Shown here: positions 31,701 to 46,010 of the stretch, one piece after another
Layout of the letters: each line of letters begins with the position of its first letter
Position numbering within the stretch: position 1 is the first letter of the stretch
Assembly (NCBI GenBank): GCA_009914755.4
Contig: CP068257.2
Coordinates: forward strand, 8,032,001 to 8,096,000
Length of the DNA: 64,000 nucleotides
From: the human T2T-CHM13v2.0 reference genome, Homo sapiens
Direction of reading: 5' to 3'
Notes under the pieces: model-generated
Told to the model about the DNA's origin: nothing
Seen by the model: only the letters and a program-made list of their open reading frames with translations
The model's database searches: none
Translations under genes and position numbers: made by a program

Positions 31701-33629
31701 TATTGAGACTGGAAACATAATAGAAGTGAGGGAAAAAGAATTTAAATTGTGGATACTTGAGTTTTATACCTAGGAGTTCGAGAAATACATCTTGTGACTA
31801 TCAAAGCAGTTGGCACAAGAGTGTACAAAATTCCCTAATTGTGTCTATGTGGAGAAGACATAGACAAACAGAGAATAGCAAAACAGAAATAGCAAAAAAG
31901 CACAAATAAATTTTACCTGTATTTTTACGTAAAAGCCAATTAGAGTAGGAAAACATGAAATTTGTGTTTTATCAAAATTTTTCCCTTTCTCATAATATAG
32001 TTGATTATATTACTGGAAAAAAATTGAAGCATTGGTATGTTCACAAAAAAAAGTAAAATATAAGGGCAAAACCATGGGAATGCAGGAAGCAGACAAAATA
32101 TACCTAAACACTGAAACTGATTTTGCCCTACGGACATGTACCAAAATGAATGAGTACAGATTCCTACTGTCATACATCACATAAGACAGTAAAGAAATAC
32201 ATAGTTTTTCCCAAGATAGGGCATCACACAGGAGCTCTTCCCTAAAGCTAGGACCAAAATTTCTATCCTCAGTATAAAGAAGAATCAGAGGTATATTAGT
32301 CCCATTTCACATTCCCTGGAAACGGCAAATAAAAATGACTTGAGATTGGACAGATTTAAAGAAACTCAATCATTAATGATTTACAGCAATTAATTTAAAA
32401 ATTGTTTAAATGTGCAGTCCAAACATACGTCCAGACACCTTTAGGACAAGAATTAACATAATGTGGTCCTAGAATGGTGGTGCCCTTAGAAGACTCACAA
32501 AAAATTCAAATTCTCTTTGGTAAATTTTCTTCCTACTAATCCTCAAAAGTGCACAAAAATAATTTTCAGAGAAAAATAAATATTTGTCATTCAAAGGCAT
32601 CTAAGTACGCAAGAAAATGATATTCCACCATTTGAAAAGGAAGTAGAAAAAGAGTACAAACAGATCCACAACGGTTCATTACTAGAAATATCATTGTTAG
32701 ATTATAAAGCACATTTGCTGTAGAAAAATTTAAAATAAAATGAATATATTTTTAGGAGACTAAAAAATTGATGCAGTAAATTTTAAAAGCAGTTTGTATA
32801 AAAATATAGTATTTTAAATTAAAAACTCAAAAATGAACTCATCAGATTAGAGATGGCCATGGTGAGAGTTCATAAATATTTCAGAATGTATTACAGAAAA
32901 TTTAAAAAAATGCAAAATGTGGACAGAATCATGAAGAGACATGGAAGATACAGTGAGAAAGTGTAGCATGTGTTTAGTGAGTGTTCTCATAGAATAAGGC
33001 AACTGGGAAGGGACAATATGTGATGGTATTTTGGCTGAAAGTTCTCTAGACTTTTGTAAGACATTAATCCGCATGTTCAAAAATTCCATGCATCCTAAGC
33101 AAGCTACAATGGAGATAAACCTACACCTACGTATCTCCTAGAGAAATAGTAAACCATCAGGAAGGGAAAAATATTTAAATTAGCACTAGAAAAATCAAAT
33201 TACCTTTAATCATATTGAAATCTGAAAGAATGAAAGGTAAAATAAATAATATTATTTGTTAAGAATAATAATGCCATTCTGAAATTCTCAACCGAAAAAA
33301 ATATTCATCAACCTATGGCTAAATAACTTATTTAGAGACAAGAAACAAAACGCCACCAGCAGAATTCCACTAAAGAAACTAAAGAGAAACCCTGAAAACA
33401 TGCTTCAGAAAGGTTGAAGTTCTGAAATCAAAGAATGAACACAGAGCAAAATATATTGTAAACATACAGATAGATCTAAATAAAAAATTAGGTGTTGAAA
33501 CAAAAAGATATTTAAAATTAGATAGGCACGGAAATAAGTATGTTAGGAAGCAACTTATTAGGGCTGAAGTATTCAAAGACCCCTTAATTGTCTGACAAGA
33601 GCAGAAAGGTGAGTATGACTTTGCAACTC

Positions 33630-33933
<304 letters not shown>

Positions 33934-35108
33934 CTTTGGAACTGTAATAAATTCACTGGACATTATGCATTTCTCTGTTGTATCTATGAAAACAATAAAA
34001 ATAAAAGTCATAATTTAAAAACAAGAAGACAGACCCTGATAGGAAAAAATGAGGCATTTTATATATATATATATAACAAATTAATAAAACAAATTTAGTA
34101 TAAATGATCAAAGATTAACTTAAACCTAAGTAGACAATGTTTTTGTTAAAATACAAAGATTGGCAAAATTAAAAAATTCCGTCTCTATCATAGTTACGAG
34201 AGGCAACTAATATATAAATTTTCAGAAGCTTTGAAGTTCAAACAATACAGATAGTGTGTGTATATATGATATACATGCAAACACACTACATGAATATAAT
34301 TTTTTAAAAAGTTGCTATGTAGACAAAATAGAATGTAAGTTAGAAACATTTATTAAAATAAGTTAGTCTAACCAGTGTAATAAAAGTTTTAAGTTATTAA
34401 GAAGATGTGATGACTTAAATGTGCATTAGCCTGATACATATATACATATATACACACACACCACACACTCTCTCTCACACGCACACACACAAACACGTAT
34501 TTAGAGAGTCAAATTATATAAAGCAAAAATATCAGCAAGTAAGTAGAAATGGATAAGCCCCCAAATTATTATAGACATTTCAAACACACATCCTTCAGTA
34601 ATAAAGAAGAAATTAAAAGAGTAAGTTTTAAAAGAAGCTACTAGATTTTAAAAAGGGCAAATGTTATATAAGGAACATGAATATTATAATTCATGTCATT
34701 TTCGTGTTCATACCGAATACTTACAAAAATTAACATTTTCTAGACCATACCACAAATTCAAACAATTTTCACGGAAATAACGTGACACAATATATTTCCT
34801 AAACAAACAGCAATGAAGGTAAATATCAGTACAATAAAGAAAGCTAGAAACATAAGTCTAATAATATTGGTTGGAAGCTATTTTAATGACTATTTAAATA
34901 TTTTAAAGGTGAATAGTCAATGAACCAAACACTTTTGTAAGGCCACTAAGATGCATGTGTAATGTGTAATGCCTCCTTTTATAAGGAGTCAATCTGTAAC
35001 ATCACCTGGGCTATTTGACAGCTTCAAAGTGAACGTGAGAAGGAGAGAAACAGTGAGAGAGATATATATAAAACCAGTAAAATAAACATAAAGAATGAAG
35101 GAAATATC

Positions 35109-35453
<345 letters not shown>

Positions 35454-37589
35454 TTAAAAATGCAAAAGCTCACTTTTTCAGAAACATATTAAAATATTAA
35501 ATCTAAGAAATATATAGGTAGACTGATGAAGAAAAATACAGAAAATACACAAAAAGAATTACCTGGAATGCAAAGGATACAAAATGTGAGCAGTTGTAGA
35601 TTTTATATAAGCAATGACTTTGAGTTCAACCATGATGGGGTATATTGAAAAGAATCTCTCAGAAAAAAAGGAAAAGAAAACTGTTATAAAGCTATGTACA
35701 AAATGTTAAGCACTATTGAAATCTTCCAAATCTACCAGTTATGGAGTTATTGGTCTTGGACTAACTCTCCTGAAAAGAAAATAAAAAAACAAAACAAAAT
35801 ATAAAAACCTAAAAACCTGGATAAAATAGCCTACCGTGGGCACTGGCAATGCAACCAAGCAGGTAGGACCTGGGTGCTACATTCTCTTTGTCATAACACG
35901 AAGCATTCATACACTCTTCTCACCCTCACTCTCACCTTTTAATCTTAGATCTATTATTAAATGTATTCAACATTACTATCAATCCTTTGGTCAAAATTTA
36001 TTTACTCACATTGTGCTTGATGCACTTGGATAGACTGTTCAAGAAAGTGTGAGTAATGAATTCCTCAAACTCTTGCATATTTAAAATTACATTTTTGAGC
36101 CTTGATGCTTGAAGTGTAGCTTGGGTAACGAGTGGGCTTTAAGCCAATTTTGGCATGCAAGGAGTTGAGTTTATTAGGCATCAGCACCGCTGAAAATCGT
36201 GGGGATGCAGGCTTAATTTCAACACTCTTCTAAATACTTGAAAGATATATAATTCTGTAATAAACTCCTGTGTCTACAAATGGTTCACATTAACTCAATA
36301 TCTATGATTAAACATTTATAAAATCAAGGCACTGTTATTTAGTGGAGACTTGCTGGCTATTCTATGAGAGGAGGTATTGTTATTGTAATCTCATCCTCTC
36401 ATAAATGTGTATCATATTACTCATAACCAGCCCTTCATATTCGATTCCTATTTTGGTATTTTAAAATAAGATATCTTTGAAACACTTGAATTCAAAGAGG
36501 GAATCTGAATAGTTTTTAAAAGGTCAATGAAATGCCGTTTCTTCATGCTTGAACAAATAAAAATGGACTAAAGTGCTTCTCTTCAAACTTTCTGGAACAT
36601 TTTTTATCTAAATTCTAAGAACAATCGCAATAGGTTTTAACCACAAATGTGAGAATATTCTAAATGTTAGGGTGGAAAAAAATTTAAAATTATTTTATAG
36701 TAATTTTTTTCATCATAGTGACAGTGTGCTAAATTTTTTTAAGTCAAATATTACTTTAGACATTTAAGTCAAGATTCTAAGAAGCTGTTTTAAAGTCCAA
36801 AATTTAATTTCATATACAATGATATTATATATATATTTGCATATAAAATTAATATATGTAAGCCATGTTTCAAGTAGTTGAGATATTATTATATCAAAGA
36901 TTCTTGATTATATAAAATGCCAATTACTTATAGGCACACATGCTTTAAATAATTACAAAGGCAGTTGTGGTTGATTCTACTATTGCTATTGGCATTTGTG
37001 TGGACATAATATTATGGTCTGAAGAATAGGCAAATTTATCACTCATATGAGCAGAAGAACAATGCAAGATAGTTTATATCTGAAAGGAAAAAAAATCTTT
37101 ATATGGTTCTGAAAGCATAAATCATTAACAACTTGGATAATAATTAGCATAAAAATACACAAACATGCCCTCTTCCTAGCAGTAAGTACACAGTGACAAC
37201 AGAATCAAAGCATGTGGCTCCTCTTCTCTGCCCTTTCTAGATGGCACAATTCCTCATGAATCTAAGCGCAGTCATAGGATGGATTAGGGTGACCTGCCAT
37301 TTGTATGCAACTGATCTCTATTTTGAAAGTAATTAAAGTAAAAATATATTTTTAAAAGATAATTTCAATTTTCAGTGCAAACTAGCATGGTGTCACCCCT
37401 TTTCTTTGTAACATTTTTTCTAAGGTTGGAAAAGTATGGTAGGCTTTAGTACGATTTTTAATAATAAGTTTTCAAAGTGAGACACAAAATGGTGGTGCCA
37501 ACACATTTCAAGTCTGCTACATTTTGAATACACTTATTGGAGAAAAGACCTTCTCATCATTTTTCTCTTATAGGAAAGGAAATAACATG

Positions 37590-37977
37590 TACAGTTGACC
37601 CTTAAGCAACACGGAGGCTGGGGTGCTGGCCCCCCTTCACAGTAGAAAATCCACTATAAATTTGACTTCCCCAAAACTTAACTACTAATAGCCTACTGTA
37701 AGCCTTACAAATAACACAAGCAGTCAATTAACACATATTTAATATGTTATATGTCTTATATACTGTATTCTTAACAAACATGCCAGAGAAAAGAAAAAGA
37801 AAATCATAAGGAAAATATATTTACTAGTTATTAAATGGAAGTAAATGATCAAACAGATCTTCATCCTCATCCTTTTCATGGGCAGGGTGTGGAGAAGGAT
37901 ATAGAATTGTTGGTTTTGCTAAGTGGACCTGCACAGTTCAAACCACTGTGGTGCAAAGGCCAACTGTATAGCCATTG
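37590..37977 (+). mobile_element. Tigger-family (TcMar) non-autonomous DNA transposon (MITE-like), bounded by inverted termini.
   Basis: The 5' end cagttgacccttaagcaacacggaggctggggtgctggcccc matches the Tigger TIR CAGTTGACCCTTGAACAACACGGG. The 3' end ...ggacctgcacagttcaaaccactgtggtgcaaaggccaactgta is its inverted counterpart. Confidence 0.7.
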
Positions 37978-38061
37978 AATAGCAATTTATTTTTAGAAAT
38001 TAACCTCACTAAAATACTCTTAGAAGGATGCCAAGAAAAAAATGAATAAGTATGTTTGGTT

Positions 38062-39167
38062 CATCTATTTCATCATTTCATTTCATTTCATCATTTCATT
38101 TCCTCATTTCATCATTTCATTTCATTTCATCCTTTCATTTCATCATTTCATCTAATCATTTCACCTCATCATTTCATTTCATCATTTCATCTCAACATTT
38201 CATTTCATTTCATCATTTCACTTCATCTCATCATTTCATTATTTCATCTCATCATTTCATTTCATCTCATCATTTCATTTCACCTTTTCATCTCGTCATT
38301 TCATTTCATTTCATCTTTTCATCTCATTTCAATTCATTATTTCATTTCATCAATTCATCATTTCATTTCATTTATTTCATCATTTCATCGTTTAGTTTCA
38401 TCATTTCATCATTTCATCATTTGACTTCATTTCATCATTTCTTTTCATCATTTCATATCATTTCATCATTTCATCTTTTCATTTCATTTCATCATTTCAC
38501 TTCATCATTTCATCATTTGATTTCCTCATTTCCTCATTTCATTTCATCATTTCATTTCATTTCATCCTTTAATCATTTCATCTCATCATTTCATCCTTTC
38601 TTTTCATCATTTCATCTCATCAATGCGTTTTATCATTTCCTTATTTCATTTCATTTCATCATTTCACATCATCTCATCATTTCATCATTTCATCTCATGA
38701 TTTCATTTCATCACATCATTTCATTTCATCTCATTTCATTTCATCTTTTCATCTCGTTTCATTTCATATCATCAATTCATCATTTCATCATTTCATTTCA
38801 TTATTTCATCATATAATCATTTAACTTCATTTCATCATTTCATTTCATCATTTCATATCATTTCATTTCATCATTTGATCTTTTCATTTCATCATTTAAT
38901 TTCATTTCATCATTTCACTTCATCATTTCATTTCTTCATTTCATTTCATTTCCTCATTTCATTTCACCATTGCATTTCATCATTTCCTCATTTCATTTCA
39001 TCATTCCATTTCATCTTTTCATTTCATCACTTCATCATTTCATTTCATCTCATCATTTCATCCTTTCACTTCATTATTTCATTTCATCATTTCATCTCAT
39101 CATTTCATTTCATCATTTCATTTCATTCCATCATTTCATTTCATTTCATCATTTCATTTCATTTCAG
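38062..39167. repeat. 13-bp-period CATTTCATTTCAT-like satellite array of ~1.1 kb. It is the paralog of 10909-11257.
   Basis: Same unit as the array in copy A. It ends with the same ...catttcatttcagtgattcatgtatttaag junction. Confidence 0.9.
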
Positions 39168-40069
39168 TGATTCATGTATTTAAGTGCTAATTTGATGCCC
39201 AGGAGACACCCTATTTCCCTTTGTAAAACACCTCCTTCAACAAAAGGCAACTTTTCATGGCTGGCTAAGTCTACAGGGATACCAGGCTCTCTTCAACCAC
39301 CCAGTTTGATTTGGAACCTCAAACAGCACCTCAGTTTCATAAAAACCTAAAACATAAACACAACACTTGGTTGTAAGTGAGACAACAGTTTCTTGTCTCT
39401 TTCTCTGCTCAAGGCTTAAGGCCATGTCTCCCCAACTACGTTCAGTGGAAGAAAAGATCCCCTGGACAAATAAGTTTGAGAACTGTTGTTGCAGGACTTC
39501 TCAGAACCTTTAAAACACAAATCCTCATCCGCAGGGATCTTCAGGAGGGAGATGGCTAATGCAGCACAATTTTCTTTCACAGGATCATCCTGCAGAATAC
39601 AGTATGGGATACAGAAAGGCTGCATTGAGTGTTTTTAAGGGCCAGGGCCTTGGTGGGGGTGGGGTAGGAGCTCTCCAGATAGCATCTAATGAGTAGGAAC
39701 ATTCAGGTGGCTTTTTTTTTCCTTATTGGCAAAACTGTGTGTGAACCATGAATGAAGCTGGTCTCCCTTATCCATATCAAAACTAAACCCGAATTAATTG
39801 GCTAAATTGGGACACAACACCTCCAGGAGCCACGCGGAGGAAAGCGCCACCACACTTTAAAGTAGCTTACCTCATCATATTTGAGGAAAGCAAAACGCTT
39901 ATGACCAGTATGCTGCTAATACAAGTCTACAGATAATGCTGTAGGAAAAATTATTTTTCCCAATCATAGCTGGCATAGTCCACATTTTGCATTACACTTT
40001 CCCCCCCTTTTTTAAATTTTAAACACAGGTCTTTCTCTCTTCTTTTTTTAAATTTTAATTTAATTATAC

Positions 40070-40177
40070 AAGACGGAGTCTCAGTATCTTGCCCAGGCTG
40101 GTCTTGAACTCCTGATCTCAAGTGATACATCCATCTCTGCCTCCCAAAGTGCTGAGATTACAGGCCTGAGACACTGT
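40070..40177 (-). mobile_element. FLAM-like Alu monomer (paralog of 12168-12274).
   Basis: aagacggagtctcagtatcttgcccaggctggtcttgaactcctgatctcaagtgatacatccatctctgcctcccaaagtgctgagattacaggcctgagacactgtgcctgg. Confidence 0.8.
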
Positions 40178-40865
40178 GCCTGGTCTTAAATACAAATCTT
40201 ACTTCATTCCTACAATTATCCTGAGGTTAGAAAAATGGAAGGGGAAGAAAAATGGCAAGCAGGTAGGCTGACTTCGGCTTCATTACTTGGAAGGACAGTT
40301 TGCTCGGTTAAAACACACTACTGCCCACAAAGGCCAAGACAACAGAAAAATACAGGCATATAAATAGATTTTATATGTGACAGCAGTTTGAATGGAGACT
40401 TTTTCAATGCAAACGACAAACAGCTGTGCTTGGGAATGAATGACAATGATTTTTTTTATCTCAACAGCTGTCCTGAGAGCATGTCTCTACATCTCTACCT
40501 GCATTCTGGAATCAGGGAGAAAGTCAAAACGGACAACAAGACACTAGATCAGCCGTGTCCAACCCTTTGACTACAAGGACTTTTCCGCCTATCTGTGGTG
40601 GTGGGTATCATGAAAATTATGCACAAACCTTTTTCTTTTTTTTTAAGCTCATCCGCTGTTGTTAGCATTAGTGTATTTTATGTGTGGCCCAGGAACATTC
40701 TTCTTCCAATGTGGCCCTGAGAAGCAGAAAGACTGGACACCTGTGCACTAGATCAAAAGTCTACTCCTTCTGGAAGCAATTGTAAAGAATTTCTGACATT
40801 ATCTTGACATGAAAACCAATGGATAGTGGGAAAGAATGCAAAATCTTCAAGAATTTTTCTTGTTG

Positions 40866-41137
40866 GTTTTTTTTTTTTTTTTTTTTTTTTGAGTCAAGGT
40901 ATTGCTCTGTGGTCCAGGCTGGAGTACACTGGTGAAATCACAGTTCAGTGCAGGCTCGAGTGCTCCTCCTGCCTCAGACACAGTAGCAGCTGGGATTACA
41001 GATGCACGCAACCACCCCTGGCTAATATTTTATTTTTTGTAGAGACGGGGTCTCACTATATTGTCCAGGTTCGTCTCAAACAACTTGACTCAAAGGATCC
41101 AGGACAGGATAACAGGTGTGAGCCACCACACCTGGCC
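40866..41137 (-). mobile_element. Alu SINE, antisense (paralog of 12952-13223).
   Basis: Poly-T followed by gagtcaaggtattgctctgtggtccaggctggagtacactggtg...gtgtgagccaccacacctggcc. Confidence 0.9.
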
Positions 41138-41764
41138 ATGTGCATGAACTTTTAAGACAAACACAAGACCCCACAAAAGTTAAGGTTTTCCCACCTAATT
41201 TTCAGGAGATCTTTTGGTGCAAGCATAAGAAGCCCTTAAAAGTACACAGACAACTCCAAAGATTCAAGACAGTTCATTCGGGCTGAGCCAGCCCACTGGG
41301 CAGACTGACCTTCAAGAAAGACCCACCCATGACATACACCAGATGGCTCTCCAAGAATCTCTCCAGGCCTCAGGGTCCCTAAAGTACTGGACAGAGCTAG
41401 GAAAGCAAACCCATTTGCTTCTTCCTGCAGGAAACCCCTTGAGGTCAAGACCCCACAATCAGACGAGGATGGAGTGGCTCACCCTCAGTTACTGGCAAGT
41501 CAGTTCTCCCTCAGGCCTTCGGTTTCCTCACCTACAAGATGAAAGGGCTGGACCCGGTGGCATCACCCCCGCCACCACCCTCCTTCTTTTCTCCCATCGC
41601 TGCCGCGCGCAAGGCCGCTCTATGCAAGCCTCAGTGGCCCAGGCAGGGGGCTCAGGCGCCTAGGCAAGGAACGCCTGCGCCTGGAGAGCTGGACCAGGAG
41701 ATCCCCTCGGCGGTGACCCTGCCAGGACGCCCGTAGAGCTGGGAGCCGAGTCTGCCGCTCCCGC

Positions 41765-42360
41765 CCTCAGAGCCGCGGCGGTGGGCGCAGAAAGCCGCAG
41801 CGGCGGGGGCAAAAAGACGCAGCGGCCGGGGAAAAAGTCGCAGCGGCGGGAGCAAAAAGCCGCGGCGGCGGGGGCAAAAAGCCACGGCGGCGGGGGCAAA
41901 AAGCCCTGGCTGCAAAAAGCGGCGGTGGCGGGGGCAGAAAGCTGCGGTGGCGGGGACAAAAAGCCTAGGCGGCAGGGACAAAAAGACGCGGCGGGAAAAA
42001 GGTGCAGCGGCGGGGCAAAAAGCCGCGGTGGCAGAAAGCGGCTGAGGCGGGGGGCAAAAAGACGCAAAAGCCGCGGCGGCGCGGGCAAAAAGCCTCGGTG
42101 GCGGGGGCAAAAAGCCGCGGCTGGGGGAAAAAACCCGCAGCGGCGGGGGCAAAAAGCAGCAGAGGTGGGGGTAAAAAGGAGCGTCGGCAAAAGCCGTGGC
42201 GGCAGGGGCAAAAAGCCGCCGCGGAGGGGACAAAAGGCCGCGATGGCAGGGGGCAAAAAGCCGCGGTAGGAGAAAGCTGCATCAGCGGAGGCAAAAAGCC
42301 GTGGTGGGAGAAAGCCGCGGCGGCGGGGGCAGAAAGCCTCGGCGGCGGGGGCAAAATAGT
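41765..42360. repeat. GC-rich 22-bp minisatellite (GGCAAAAAGCCGCGGCGGCGGG)n with about 27 units. It is the paralog of 14425-15110.
   Basis: Same unit as copy A. It ends ...ggcgggggcaaaatagtggaaatgggg as in copy A. Confidence 0.9.
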
Positions 42361-45300
42361 GGAAATGGGGTAGAAGGCGGCACAGCTTGGCATTGCTGGA
42401 GTGTGATGTGATAGGAAAAGTGCAGTCGAAGACAAAAAAAGATGTAAGTAGGCTTAACTCAGTGGAGCTAAGAACCCAGATGTTATCTTGAGGGTATTAA
42501 CTAATAAGCAGTTTAAATCAGAATGGCACATTCTGATTTGTTTTTTGTATGTTCATATTTGGCAGGCAAAGATACTGTTTGAAGAGAGGAAACTCAGTAG
42601 ATAGAGGTAACAAACTTAAATATGTGCCAAGTCTAGAAACAAGAGACTAGGGAGATAAGGACCTTTCAAAATAAAATGCAAGATTTGAAAACTGATTGGC
42701 TGGGGGATGAGGAAAAGGCAGGTCTTTAAGGTCAATCCCTGTTTTGCTTTAAGTTGTTAGGGGGTGGTTTTATCACATATTGTAGAATGTGTCATTTCAG
42801 TTTTGAACATCTTGAGTTAAACTGTCCTAACATATCTTATGAATTTGATTTTATTCACTGGGAAGCTAATATTTCAAAAACTGAAAGAGTATAGATTTCC
42901 AGCTTGTGTCCCATTTATAAAATTATCTCTAGGCTACTGGTTTCAGGAGGAGGCTCATGAATATTCTATTTGCAGAGAATATATCAGGAGTTAACAACAG
43001 CATCAATATTTGTGGACGACCAGTTAACTAAACCACCTCTTAGTGTATTTAGATGGGAAATCTTAGCTGAAGATATTCAATAATGAACCAACAGTGACTA
43101 AAAAATTCAATATTTAAGTATATTTCATTGTAATTAATTTGAAATTAAGTAGCCATATACAGCTAGTATTTACTACATTGAGCAATGCAAATAAGAGGAC
43201 AAAATTAATAACCATCTCTAATGCCACATGCCAAAATCCTCATCAATTTATTCTAGCTAAAGGAGTTTATCAGAAGCAGCAATTGAAAGCACCAACTAAA
43301 CCAGCTGGGGTTAATTCACTGTCATTCTCTCAGAACCATCTCTTCTCTGAACAAAACACGTAGAAGAGTTAATTGTGAATCTCCATTTTCCTTGCCTATT
43401 TTAAGGTTTTGATGTTGACACTAATTTGTGAAATCCCTCCTGTGGTGTGATATTTCGTTTTCATTGCTTTTTGTTAGGACAAGAATGCTTCAGCTCTTAA
43501 TTTAAAATTATGTTTCTCCCTCCTAGGTTGAATGAACTTAGAATGCATTCTCTGACATATCTAAGTTTTTGTTAATATGAATTTGGGGGGAAAAGCATAC
43601 TAAATTAGCTGAGACTTCTTATTCTAGGCTTGACCCTGTGTTCGACATCTTTTGAATTTGTAGTTGCATAGGATGCTCTCTGACACTGGTTAGTGACCTG
43701 GAAGCTATATTAACGTTAGGGGAGGTGGTGTATGAGCATTAGGGGTATCCTTGCAAGGAAAGACTTGTCTTATCTCAATACGTCTTTTTTTACACACAAG
43801 AAAGTCAATGTTTGAGTCTTCTAAAATCTTCCTATTTCCAAGTTGCAGAGTACCATCGATTCCTAAACAAAGACCTAATTTTTGACTCAGAGACGTGGCA
43901 AGGTAGTGAATCACCATTATAATTTAACAAACTTCAAGATAAAATTATCTCTCTGATATTTAGATTTTGCCCAATAATGAAGATATTTGGGTGTTTCGTT
44001 AAGAATGGAAAACTCTAGTCTCTTGAGCAGAGACTCTAAAGGCCTCAGATGATCATTTATAATTTTATGCTCTTTTCTTTAACACCTTCAACAGAGTTGG
44101 AAGCAGCCAATATTCCCCAGATTTGTTGTGTTTTTTAAACCAAATGCATGGTTCAGTGGTAGAAAACTGGGCTGATCCAAGCTGTTTTCAGTAAACACTT
44201 CATTTCAGGTGACCTATTTCATATTAAATAATCTCTAGATCCTGTCTTCCAAACTAACTAGATCAGATAACCTACCCTAGATTTTCCCCTTTTAGGGTCT
44301 GTTAGCTGCAGTCACTTTTGTGAAAATGATTACAATGAAAAGATAGAGTTGTAGATGGGGAAAATGTTTTGACTAATTTAAGCATAGTAGTATTTAATAT
44401 GAGAAGTTAAGTTATGCACGTTTGAAAATTATAATGGAGTCTCTTGGCTGAGCTTTAGAAAAAATAGCATTTAGGCTAAACATGGAACTGCTACCTCTCC
44501 TAAAATCAGAAAGATGTTACAGTAATTCTCCATTCTCTAGAATTATCAGGAAGAACCTTTGTGATGATTTACTTTTGTTCTTGGGAGTGTGAGCCCATGT
44601 AGTCGTGGAACCATCAATTAGAATGATGGCTTTCTGATCCCAAAGTCATTCGTTCGGAAAACAATATTTTTCATAAATTTGAAAGTGAGAAGGTTTGATC
44701 TTGCCATTCCCAAGTAACTCTCTTAATAAGAGGCATCAGCCTGCTTCAGTGGCAGCTGTCACCTTCCAGTGCTGAGAGTCATCTTTGAGTTCTCCATTTC
44801 ACTCCCTACACTCCAATTTAGCTGCAGTTCTCTTGGCCAGTCCTATGAAATACATCCATGGCCTAACGACTTCTCACCACTAATACCACTCATACTCACA
44901 GCATTCTCACCTAAGTCACTACCTTTTTTCTCTGGATTACAATAGCCTCCCAATTTATTTGCTCACATAACCTACTTATTCTACACGGTGCACCAGATAC
45001 ACCCCATTGAAATGCAAACACAATCATGTTATTCTCTGGTGAAAGTATCTCATATATTCCTATCGCATTTAAAATTAATTCAGAATCATCCTATGATTAT
45101 CAAAACCCTACATGCTCTTCCAAAACATGGTTTACTTCCAAGATATCACTTCAACTTTTTTTTCACTGTACTGAATTGGTGACTAATAGTCATATTTTTG
45201 TTTTTGCTCAAAAAGTCTTGACTTGTAAATTTTTCAGTTTCTCCTTTATCCACAGGTAACTCTTTCCTCATAAGGTGAATTGCTTGCTTCCTTGAGATCT

Positions 45301-45859
45301 GCTCTCAAAGATACCCTTCATTTTCTACCTAATATTAATAACTTTAATCATTCATTATTCCATTACTATGCTCTATAGTGTATACCATTTCTGTTCTTTG
45401 TCATGTTATTAACTAAATTATTTATTTGTTCCAGTAACGTGTTCCATAAATATTGTACACATAAAAATTATGTTATTTTCAATGCTGTATGCTCAGCTGC
45501 CCAATAACAGTCTGAGGATTAACATATTTGTTAAATGCACAAATACATTCTTTCACAAATATTAGTTTAATAATTTTATATTAAACTCCCTCTATGCTTA
45601 CAATATGAATTAGATAATTCAGAATAAACATTCCATTGGAAAAAACTAAACAATTTGTTATAAAACATCCTTAAAAGCATCAGAAAGTTAATACAGCAAC
45701 GAAGAATTACAGGACCAAATTAAGAATGGTATGGAAGCCTGTTTGTGGGGCTTATGTTTGGGTTATCTCTTTACTTTGAGTGACTATAAATCTCAAAAGA
45801 GAACTGAAGGGATAAATAACCATACGTACTAACATGGTAAGGGTATTTAAACATCTCTT

Positions 45860-46010
45860 AGTAATTGAGAAAATTGAAAGAAAAGAAAAAAGAGAAAGGG
45901 AGAAAGAGAAACAGAGCAAAAGGGATAATGAAGGAGAGAAATAAGAGAAAGGAAGAGGATGAAAAGTAAAAAGGAGGAGGAGGGGGAGGGAGGAAGAAAG
46001 AAATGTGAAA
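45860..46010. repeat. Purine-rich (GA/GGA/GAAA) low-complexity tract.
   Basis: gaaagaaaagaaaaaagagaaagggagaaagagaaacagagcaaaagggataatgaaggagagaaataagagaaaggaagaggatgaaaagtaaaaaggaggaggagggggagggaggaagaaag. Confidence 0.7.

Larger units (their letters stand above)
38062..42493 (+). repeat. Segmental duplication, paralog B. Relative to A it carries a longer satellite and a ~430-bp deletion in the CpG-rich block.
   Basis: Collinear with 10909-15240 at ~94% identity. Homology ends at gatgttatcttga (15240 and 42493). Confidence 0.9.
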
